A stretch of 64,000 nucleotides of DNA. Source: Auanema rhodensis (lineage: Eukaryota; Animalia; Nematoda). A program made the position numbers and the translations under genes. Where the stretch lies: positions 21,266,001 through 21,330,000 of the forward strand of contig OZ059897.1 in NCBI GenBank assembly GCA_964057225.1, written 5' to 3'. The notes below the pieces were generated by a model, which saw only the letters and a list, made by a program, of their open reading frames with translations, did no database searches and was not told where the DNA came from. Position 1 is the stretch's first letter. Every line of letters begins with the position of its first letter. Below are positions 14,315 through 25,150 of this stretch, piece after piece.

Positions 14315-17194
14315 TGAAAATCGAGGATATAAGTGTGAACTTATATCAGTTGATATCTCGGTGCATTTTTAAGCTAGCGCAAATCTAATAACACAGATCG
14401 ACGCAGCTTAAAAATCCGCATCGAATGCACTATACTACATTGAGAAACGCTTGATACAAAAATTAGTTATGATTGTTTGAAAAATGATGCATTAGTGTAT
14501 GTTGAGTTTCCATGTACACTCAACATTGCTTCCAAAAACATTTTGACAAAAATTTTTTCGAAAAATTTCAATATAATTTAGCAAAAAGTAGATGTTTTTA
14601 GATTCCATTTTTCAAGGCAAAGACGATAGGCAATGTTATTCAACGAAAAAATTAATTCTTCAGGGTGAAAATCGAGGATATAAGTGTGAACTTATATCAG
14701 TTGATATCTCGGTGCATTTTTAAGCTAGCGCAAATCTGATAACACAGATCGACGCAGCTTAAAAATCCGCATCGAATGCACTATACTACATTGAGAAACG
14801 CTTGATACAAAAATTAGTTATGATTGTTTGAAAAATGATGCATTAGTGTATGTTGAGTTTCCATGTACACTCAACATTGCTTCAAAAAACATTTTGACAA
14901 AAATTTTTTCGAAAAATTTCAAAATTATTTAGCAAAAAGTAGATGTTTTTAGATTCCTTTTTTTAAGGCAAAGACGATGGACAATGTTATTCAACGAAAA
15001 AATTAATTCTTCAGGGTGAAAATCGAGGATATAAGTGTGAACTTATATCAGTTGATATCTCGGTGCATTTTTAAGCTAGCGCAAATCTGATAACACAGAT
15101 CGACGCAGCTTAAAAATCCGCATCGAATGCACTATACTACATTGAGAAACGCTTGATACACAAATTAGTTATGATTGTTTGAAAAATGATGCATTAGTGT
15201 ATGTTGAGTTTCCATGTACACTCAACATTGCTTCCAAAAACATTTTGACAAAAATTTTTTCGAAAAATTTCAAAATAATTTAGCAAAAAGTAGATGTTTT
15301 TAGATTCCTTTTTTTAAGGCAAAGACGATGGACAATGTTATTCAACGAAAAAATTAATTCTTCAGGGTGAAAATCGAGGATATAAGTGTGAACTTATATC
15401 AGTTGATATCTCGGTGCATTTTTAAGCTAGCGCAAATCTGATAATACAGATCGACGCAGCTCAAAAATCCGCATCGAATGCACTATACTACATCAAGAAA
15501 CGCTTGATACAAAAATTAGTTATGATCGTTTGAAAAATGATGCATTAGTGTATGTTGAGTTTCCATGTACACTCAACATTGCTTCCAAAAACATTTTGAC
15601 AAAAATTTTTTCGAAAAATTTCAAAATAATTTAGCAAGAAGTAGATGTTTTTAGATTCCATTTTTCAAGGCAAAGACGATAGGCAATGTTATTCAACGAA
15701 AAAATTAATTCTTCAGGGTGAAAATCGAGGATATAAGTGTAAACTTATATCAGTTGATATCTCGGTGCATTTTTAAGCTAGCGCAAATCTGATAACACAG
15801 ATCGACGCAGCTTAAAAATCCGCATCGAATGCACTATACTACATTGGGAAACGCTTAATACAAAAATTAGTTATGATCGTTTGAAAAATGATGCATTAGT
15901 GTATGTTGAGTTTCCATGTACACTCAACATTGCTTCCAAAAACATTTTGACAAAAATTTTTTCGAAAAATTTCAAAATAATTTAGCAAAAAGTAGATGTT
16001 TCTAGATTCCTTTTTTTAAGGCAAAGACGATGGACAATGTTATTCAACGAAAAAATTAATTCTTCAGGGTGAAAATCGAGGATATAAGTGTGAACTTATA
16101 TCAGTTGATATCTCGGTGCATTTTTAAGCTAGCGCAAATCTGATAATACAGATCGACGCAGCTCAAAAATCCGCATCGAATGCACTATACTACATCAAGA
16201 AACGCTTGATACAAAAATTAGTTATGATCGTTTGAAAAATGATGCATTAGTGTATGTTGAGTTTCCATGTACACTCAACATTGCTTCCAAAAACATTTTG
16301 ACAAAAATTTTTTCGAAAAATTTCAAAATAATTTAGCAAAAAGTAGATGTTTTTAGATTCCATTTTTCAAGGCAAAGACGATAGGCAATGTTATTCAACG
16401 AAAAAATTAATTCTTCAGGGTGAAAATCGAGGATATAAGTGTGAACTTATATCAGTTGATATCTCGGTGCATTTTTAAGCTAGCGCAAATCTGATAACAC
16501 AGATCGACGCAGCTTAAAAATCCGCATCGAATGCACTATACTACATTGAGAAACGCTTGATACAAAAATTAGTTATGATTGTTTGAAAAATGATGCATTA
16601 GTGTATGTTGAGTTTCCATGTACACTCAACATTGCTTCCAAAAACATTTTGACAAAAATTTTTTCGAAAAATTTCAAAATTATTTAGCAAAAAGTAGATG
16701 TTTTTAGATTCCTTTTTTTAAGGCAAAGACGATGGACAATGTTATTCAACGAAAAAATTAATTCTTCAGGGTGAAAATCGAGGATATAAGTGTGAACTTA
16801 TATCAGTTGATATCTCGGTGCATTTTTAAGCTAGCGCAAATCTGATAACACAGATCGACGCAGCTCAAAAATCCGCATCGAATGCACTATACTACATCAA
16901 GAAACGCTTGATACAAAAATTAGTTATGATCGTTTGAAAAATGATGCATTAGTGTATGTTGAGTTTCCATGTACACTCAACATTGCTTCCAAAAACATTT
17001 TGACAAAAATTTTTTCGAAAAATTTCAAAATAATTTAGCAAAAAGTAGATGTTTTTAGATTCCATTTTTCAAGGCAAAGACGATAGGCAATGTTATTCAA
17101 CGAAAAAATTAATTCTTCAGGGTGAAAATCGAGGATATAAGTGTGAACTTATATCAGTTGATATCTCGGTGCATTTTTAAGCTAGCGCAAATCT

Positions 17195-17215
17195 TTCTTT
17201 TTCGCAATTTCAAAG
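17195..17215. other. A/B array junction: 11-bp filler TTCTTTTTCGC (17195-17205) plus 10-bp inverted copy of satellite B sequence AATTTCAAAG (17206-17215)
   Basis: A stops at monomer position 72 (...GCGCAAATCT) and B resumes at TCATGGTAACC. 17206-17215 is the reverse complement of CTTTGAAATT at 17231-17240. Confidence 0.93.
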
Positions 17216-17240
17216 TCATGGTAACCATGACTTTGAAATT
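17206..17240. repeat. Perfect 35-bp palindrome (17-bp arms, 1-nt centre at 17223) found only at the junction
   Basis: AATTTCAAAGTCATGGT-A-ACCATGACTTTGAAATT. Internal B monomers carry only the 13-15 bp core (T)CATGGTAACCATG(A). Confidence 0.97.
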
Positions 17241-20200
17241 TACGTGAACTTTAATTTATGCTAATTAAATGTACACGTGATGTGCACTTGGTATGTAACT
17301 CGCTTCACGTGAAAGATAACGAGATGCGGTTTTCAAAATTAGATTCCCCATGTCCATATTAGTCTGAAAACAAATTTTTATTGATATTGGTGCATGGTAA
17401 CCATGACTTTGAAATTTACGTGAACTTTAATTTGTGCTAATTAAATGTACACGTGATGTGCTCTTGGTATGTAACTCGCTTCACGTGAAAGATAAAGAGA
17501 TGCGGTTTCCAAAATTAGATTCCCCATGTCCATATTAGTCTAAAAACAAATTTTTATTGATATTGGTTCATGGTAACCATGACTTTGAAATTTACGTGAA
17601 CTTTAATTTATGCTAAATAAATGTACACGTGATGTGCACTTGGTATGTAACTCGCTTCACGTGAAAGATAAAGAGATGCGGTTTTCAAAATTAGATTCCC
17701 CATGTCCATATTAGTCTGAAAACAAATTTTTATTGATATTGGTGCATGGTAACCATGACTTTGAAATTTACGTGAACTTTAATTTATGCTAATTAAATGT
17801 ACACGTGATGTGCACTTGGTATGTAACTCGCTTCACGTGAAAGATAAAGAGATGCGGTTTTCAAAATTAGATTCCCCATGTCCATATCAGTCTAAAAACA
17901 AATTTTTATTGATATTGGTGCATGGTAACCATGACTTTGAAATTTACGTGAACTTTAATTTATGCTAATTAAATGTACACGTGATGTGCACTTGGTATGT
18001 AACTCGCTTCACGTGAAAGATAAAGAGATGCCGTTTTCAAAATTAGATTCCCCATGTCCATATTAGTCTAAAAACAAATTTTTATTGATATTGGTTCATG
18101 GTAACCATGACTTTGAAATTTACGTGAACTTTAATTTATGCTAATTAAATGTACACGTGATGTGCACTTGGTATGTAACTCGCTTCACGTGAAAGATAAA
18201 GAGATGCGGTTTTCAAAATTAGATTCCCCATGTCCATATCAGTCTAAAAACAAATTTTTATTGATATTGGTGCATGGTAACCATGACTTTGAAATTTACG
18301 TGAACTTTAATTTGTGCTAATTAAATGTACACGTGATGTGCTCTTGGTATGTAACTCGCTTCACGTGAAAGATAAAGAGATGCGGTTTTCAAAATTAGAT
18401 TCCCCATGTCCATATTAGTCTAAAAACAAATTTTTATTGATATTGGTTCATGGTAACCATGACTTTGAAATTTACGTGAACTTTAATTTATGCTAATTAA
18501 ATGTACACGTGATGTGCACTTGGTATGTAACTCGCTTCACGTGAAAGATAACGAGATGCGGTTTTCAAAATTAGATTCCCCATGTCCATATTAGTCTGTA
18601 AACAAATTTTTATTGATATTGGTGCATGGTAACCATGACTTTGAAATTTACGTGAACTTTAATTTATGCTAATTAAATGTACACGTGATGTGCACTTGGT
18701 ATGTAACTCGCTTCACGTGAAAGATAAAGAGATGCGGTTTTCAAAATTAGATTCCCCATGTCCATATCAGTCTAAAAACAAATTTTTATTGATATTGGTG
18801 CATGGTAACCATGACTTTGAAATTTACGTGAACTTTAATTTATGCTAATTAAATGTACACGTGATGTGCACTTGGTATGTAACTCGCTTCACGTGAAAGA
18901 TAAAGAGATGCCGTTTTCAAAATTAGATTCCCCATGTCCATATTAGTCTAAAAACAAATTTTTTTGATATTGGTTCATGGTAACCATGACTTTGAAATTT
19001 ACGTGAACTTTAATTTATGCTAATTAAATGTACATGTGATGTGCACTTGGTATGTAACTCGCTTCACGTGAAAGATAAAGAGATGCGGTTTTCAAAATTA
19101 GATTCCCCATGTCCATATTAGTCTAAAAACAAATTTTTATTGATATTGGTTCATGGTAACCATGACTTTGAAATTTACGTGAACTTTAATTTATGCTAAT
19201 TAAATGTACACGTGATGTGCACTTGGTATGTAACTCGTTTCACGTGAAAGATAACGAGATGCGGTTTTTAAAATTAGATTCCCCATGTCCATATTAGTCT
19301 GAAAACAAATTTTTATTGATATTGGTGCATGGTAACCATGACTTTGAAATTTACGTGAACTTTAATTTGTGCTAATTAAATGTACACGTGATGTGCTCTT
19401 GGTATGTAACTCGCTTCACGTGAAAGATAAAGAGATGCGGTTTTCAAAATTAGATTCCCCATGTCCATATTAGTCTAAAAACAAATTTTTATTGATATTG
19501 GTTCATGGTAACCATGACTTTGAAATTTACGTGAACTTTAATTTATGCTAATTAAATGTACACGTGATGTGCACTTGGTATGTAACTCGCTTCACGTGAA
19601 AGATAAAGAGATGCGGTTTTCAAAATTAGATTCCCCATGTCCATATTAGTCTAAAAACAAATTTTTATTGATATTGGTGCATGGTAACCATGACTTTGAA
19701 ATTTACGTGAACTTTAATTTATGCTAATTAAATGTACACGTGATGTGCACTTGGTATGTAACTCGCTTCACGTGAAAGATAAAGAGATGCGGTTTTCAAA
19801 ATTAGATTCCCCATGTCCATATTAGTCTAAAAACAAATTTTTATTGATATTGGTTCATGGTAACCATGACTTTGAAATTTACGTGAACTTTAATTTATGC
19901 TAATTAAATGTACACGTGATGTGCACTTGGTATGTAACTCGCTTCACGTGAAAGATAACGAGATGCGGTTTTCAAAATTAGATTCCCCATGTCCATATTA
20001 GTCTGAAAACAAATTTTTATTGATATTGGTGCATGGTAACCATGACTTTGAAATTTACGTGAACTTTAATTTGTGCTAATTAAATGTACACGTGATGTGC
20101 TCTTGGTATGTAACTCGCTTCACGTGAAAGATAAAGAGATGCGGTTTTCAAAATTAGATTCCCCATGTCCATATTAGTCTAAAAACAAATTTTTATTGAT

Positions 20201-22339
20201 ATTGGTTCATGGTAACCATGACTTTGAAATTTACGTGAACTTTAATTTATGCTAAATAAATGTACACGTGATGTGCACTTGGTATGTAACTCGCTTCACG
20301 TGAAAGATAAAGAGATGCGGTTTTCAAAATTAGATTCCCCATGTCCATATTAGTCTAAAAACAAATTTTTATCGATATTGGTGCATGGTAACCATGACTT
20401 TGAAATTTACGTGAACTTTAATTTATGCTAATTAAATGTACACGTGATGTGCACTTGGTATGTAACTCGCTTCACGTGAAAGATAACGAGATGCGGTTTT
20501 CAAAATTAGATTCCCCATGTCCATATTAGTCTGAAAACAAATTTTTATTGATATTGGTGCATGGTAACCATGACTTTGAAATTTACGTGAACTTTAATTT
20601 GTGCTAATTAAATGTACACGTGATGTGCTCTTGGTATGTAACTCGCTTCACGTGAAAGATAAAGAGATGCGGTTTTCAAAATTAGATTTCCCATGTCCAT
20701 ATTAGTCTAAAAACAAATTTTTATTGATATTGGTTCATGGTAACCATGACTTTGAAATTTACGTGAACTTTAATTTATGCTAATTAAATGTACACGTGAT
20801 GTGCACTTGGTATGTAACTCGCTTCACGTGAAAGATAAAGAGATGCGGTTTTCAAAATTAGATTCCCCATGTCCATATTAGTCTAAAAACAAATTTTTAT
20901 TGATATTGGTGCATGGTAACCATGACTTTGAAATTTACGTGAACTTTAATTTATGCTAATTAAATGTACACGTGATGTGCACTTGGTATGTAACTCGCTT
21001 CACGTGAAAGATAAAGAGATGCGGTTTTCAAAATTAGATTCCCCATGTCCATATTAGTCTAAAAACAAATTTTATTGATATTGGTTCATGGTAACCATGA
21101 CTTTGAAATTTACGTGAACTTTAATTTATGCTAATTAAATGTACACGTGATGTGCACTTGGTATGTAACTCGCTTCACGTGAAAGATAAAGAGATGCGGT
21201 TTTCAAAATTAGATTCCCCATGTCCATATTAGTCTAAAAACAAATTTTTATTGATATTGGTTCATGGTAACCATGACTTTGAAATTTACGTGAACTTTAA
21301 TTTATGCTAATTAAATGTACACGTGATGTGCACTTGGTATGTAACTCGCTTCACGTGAAAGATAAAGAGATGCGGTTTTCAAAATTAGATTCCCCATGTC
21401 CATATTAGTCTAAAAACAAATTTTTATTGATATTGGTTCATGGTAACCATGACTTTGAAATTTACGTGAACTTTAATTTATGCTAATTAAATGTACACGT
21501 GATGTGCACTTGGTATGTAACTCGCTTCACGTGAAAGATAAAGAGATGCGGTTTTCAAAATTAGATTCCCCATGTCCATATTAGTCTAAAAACAAATTTT
21601 TATTGATATTGGTGCATGGTAACCATGACTTTGAAATTTACGTGAACTTTAATTTATGCTAATTAAATGTACACGTGATGTGCACTTGGTATGTAACTCG
21701 CTTCACGTGAAAGATAAAGAGATGCGGTTTTCAAAATTAGATTCCCCATGTCCATATTAGTCTAAAAACAAATTTTTTTGATATTGGTTCATGGTAACCA
21801 TGACTTTGAAATTTACGTGAACTTTAATTTATGCTAATTAAATGTACATGTGATGTGCACTTGGTATGTAACTCGCTTCACGTGAAAGATAAAGAGATGC
21901 GGTTTTCAAAATTAGATTCCCCATGTCCATATTAGTCTAAAAACAAATTTTTATTGATATTGGTTCATGGTAACCATGACTTTGAAATTTACGTGAACTT
22001 TAATTTATGCTAATTAAATGTACACGTGATGTGCACTTGGTATGTAACTCGCTTCACGTGAAAGATAACGAGATGCAGTTTTCAAAATTAGATTCCCCAT
22101 GTCTATATTAGTCTGAAAACAAATTTTTATTGATATTGGTGCATGGTAACCATGACTTTGAAATTTACGTGAACTTTAATTTGTGCTAATTAAATGTACA
22201 CGTGATGTGCTCTTGGTATGTAACTCGCTTTACGTGAAAGATAAAGAGATGCGGTTTTCAAAATTAGATTCCCCATGTCCATATTAGTCTAAAAACAAAT
22301 TTTTATTGATATTGGTTCATGGTAACCATGACTTTGAAA

Positions 22340-25150
22340 TTTACATGAACTTTAATTTATGCTAATTAAATGTACACGTGATGTGCACTTGGTATGTAAC
22401 TCGCTTCACGTTAAAGATAAAGAGATGCGGTTTTCAAAATTAGATTCCCCATGTCCATATTAGTCTAAAAACAAATTTTTATTGATATTGGTGCATGGTA
22501 ACCATGACTTTGAAATTTACGTGAACTTTAATTTATGCTAATTGAATGTACACGTGATGTGCACTTGGTATGTAACTCGCTTCACGTGAAAGATAAAGAG
22601 ATGCGGTTTTCAAAATTAGATTCCCCATGTCCATATTAGTCTAAAAACAAATTTTTATTGATATTGGTTCATGGTAACCATGACTTTGAAATTTACGTGA
22701 ACTTTAATTTATGCTAATTAAATGTACACGTGATGTGCACTTGGTATGTAACTCGCTTCACGTGAAAGATAAAGAGATGCGGTTTTCAAAATTAGATTCC
22801 CCATGTCCATATTAGTCTAAAAACAAATTTTTATTGATATTGGTTCATGGTAACCATGACTTTGAAATTTACGTGAACTTTAATTTATGCTAATTAAATG
22901 TACACGTGATGTGCACTTGGTATGTAACTCGCTTCACGTGAAAGATAAAGAGATGCGGTTTTCAAAATTATATTCCCCATGTCCATATTAGTCTGAAAAC
23001 AAATTTTTATTGATATTGGTGCATGGTAACCATGACTTTGAAATTTACGTGAACTTTAATTTGTGCTAATTAAATGTACACGTGATGTGCACTTGGTATG
23101 TAACTCGCTTCACGTGAAAGATAAAGAGATGCGGTTTTCAAAATTAGATTCCCCATGTCCATATTAGTCTAAAAACAAATTTTTATTGATATTGGTTCAT
23201 GGTAACCATGACTTTGAAATTTACGTGAACTTTAATTTATGCTAATTAAATGTACACGTGATCTGCACTTGGTATGTAACTCGCTTCACGTAAAAGATGA
23301 AGAGATGCGGTTTTCAAAATTAGATTCCTCATGTCCATATTAGTCTAAAAACAAATTTTTATTGATATTGGTGCATGGTAACCATGACTTTGAAATTTAC
23401 GTGAACTTTAATTTATGCTAATTAAATGTACACGTGATGTGCACTTGGTATGTAACTCGCTTCACGTGAAAGATCAAGAGATGCGGTTTTCAAAATTAGA
23501 TTCCCCATGTCCATATTAGTCTAAAAACAAATTTTTATTGATATTGGTTCATGGTAACCATGACTTTGAAATTTACGTGAACTTTAATTTATGCTAATTA
23601 AACGTACACGTGATGTGCACTTGGTATGTAACTCGCTTCACGTGAAAGATAAAGAGATGCGGTTTTCAAAATTAGATTCCCCATGTCCATATTAGTCTAA
23701 AAACAAATTTTTATTGATATTGGTTCATGGTAACCATGACTTTGAAATTTACGTGAACTTTAATTTATGCTAATTAAATGTACACGTGATGTGCACTTGG
23801 TATGTAACTCGCTTCACGTTAAAGATAAAGAGATGCGGTTTTCAAAATTAGATTCCCCATGTCCATATTAGTCTAAAAACAAATTTTTATTGATATTGGT
23901 GCATGGTAACCATGACTTTGAAATTTACGTGAACTTTAATTTATGCTAATTGAATGTACACGTGATGTGCACTTGGTATGTAACTCGCTTCACGTGAAAG
24001 ATAAAGAGATGCGGTTTTCAAAATTAGATTCCCCATGTCCATATTAGTCTAAAAACAAATTTTTATTGATATTGGTTCATGGTAACCATGACTTTGAAAT
24101 TTACGTGAACTTTAATTTATGCTAATTAAATGTACACGTGATGTGCACTTGGTATGTAACTCGCTTCACGTGAAAGATAAAGAGATGCGGTTTTCAAAAT
24201 TAGATTCCCCATGTCCGTATTAGTCTAAAAACAAATTTTTATTGATATTGGTTCATGGTAACCATGACTTTGAAATTTACGTGAACTTTAATTTATGCTA
24301 ATTAAATGTACACGTGATGTGCACTTGGTATGTAACTCGCTTCACGTGAAAGATAAAGAGATGCGGTTTTCAAAATTATATTCCCCATGTCCATATTAGT
24401 CTGAAAACAAATTTTTATTGATATTGGTGCATGGTAACCATGACTTTGAAATTTACGTGAACTTTAATTTGTGCTAATTAAATGTACACGTGATGTGCAC
24501 TTGGTATGTAACTCGCTTCACGTGAAAGATAAAGAGATGCGGTTTTCAAAATTAGATTCCCCATGTCCATATTAGTCTAAAAACAAATTTTTATTGATAT
24601 TGGTTCATGGTAACCATGACTTTGAAATTTACGTGAACTTTAATTTATGCTAATTAAATGTACACGTGATCTGCACTTGGTATGTAACTCGCTTCACGTA
24701 AAAGATGAAGAGATGCGGTTTTCAAAATTAGATTCCTCATGTCCATATTAGTCTAAAAACAAATTTTTATTGATATTGGTGCATGGTAACCATGACTTTG
24801 AAATTTACGTGAACTTTAATTTATGCTAATTAAATGTACACGTGATGTGCACTTGGTATGTAACTCGCTTCACGTGAAAGATCAAGAGATGCGGTTTTCA
24901 AAATTAGATTCCCCATGTCCATATTAGTCTAAAAACAAATTTTTATTGATATTGGTTCATGGTAACCATGACTTTGAAATTTACGTGAACTTTAATTTAT
25001 GCTAATTAAACGTACACGTGATGTGCACTTGGTATGTAACTCGCTTCACGTGAAAGATAAAGAGATGCGGTTTTCAAAATTATATTCCCCATGTCCATAT
25101 TAGTCTGAAAACAAATTTTTATTGATATTGGTGCATGGTAACCATGACTT
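22340..25150. repeat. Higher-order 8-monomer (1408-bp) tandem duplication in satellite B (ends approximate)
   Basis: Marker SNP pairs exactly 1408 bp apart: 22412/23820, 22544/23952, 22971/24379, 23263/24671, 23603/25011. Confidence 0.9.

Larger units (their letters stand above)
1..17194. repeat. Satellite DNA array A, 351-bp monomer, head-to-tail (49 full monomers + 72-bp partial; begins before window)
   Basis: TGAAAATCGAGGATATAAGTGTGAAC... recurs at 1, 352, 703 ... 17123. The period is 351 bp, with four 352-bp and three 324-bp variants that account exactly for the last start at 17123. About 31% GC with many A/T tracts; only a few SNPs between copies. Confidence 0.99.

Noticed and set aside
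17123-17400. Scattered shared 8-9-mers between A and B (GTGAACTT, ATGTACAC, TTAGATTCC)
   Set aside because: They do not lie on a common alignment diagonal, and several such matches are expected by chance between AT-rich 351- and 176-bp sequences.
17786-18848. Three 60-aa ORFs (MLIKCTRDVHLV...) at 17786, 18138 and 18666
   Set aside because: They are single satellite B monomers in which a TAG>CAG SNP (17888, 18240, 18768) removes the stop present in the other copies. No recognisable domain and no gene context.
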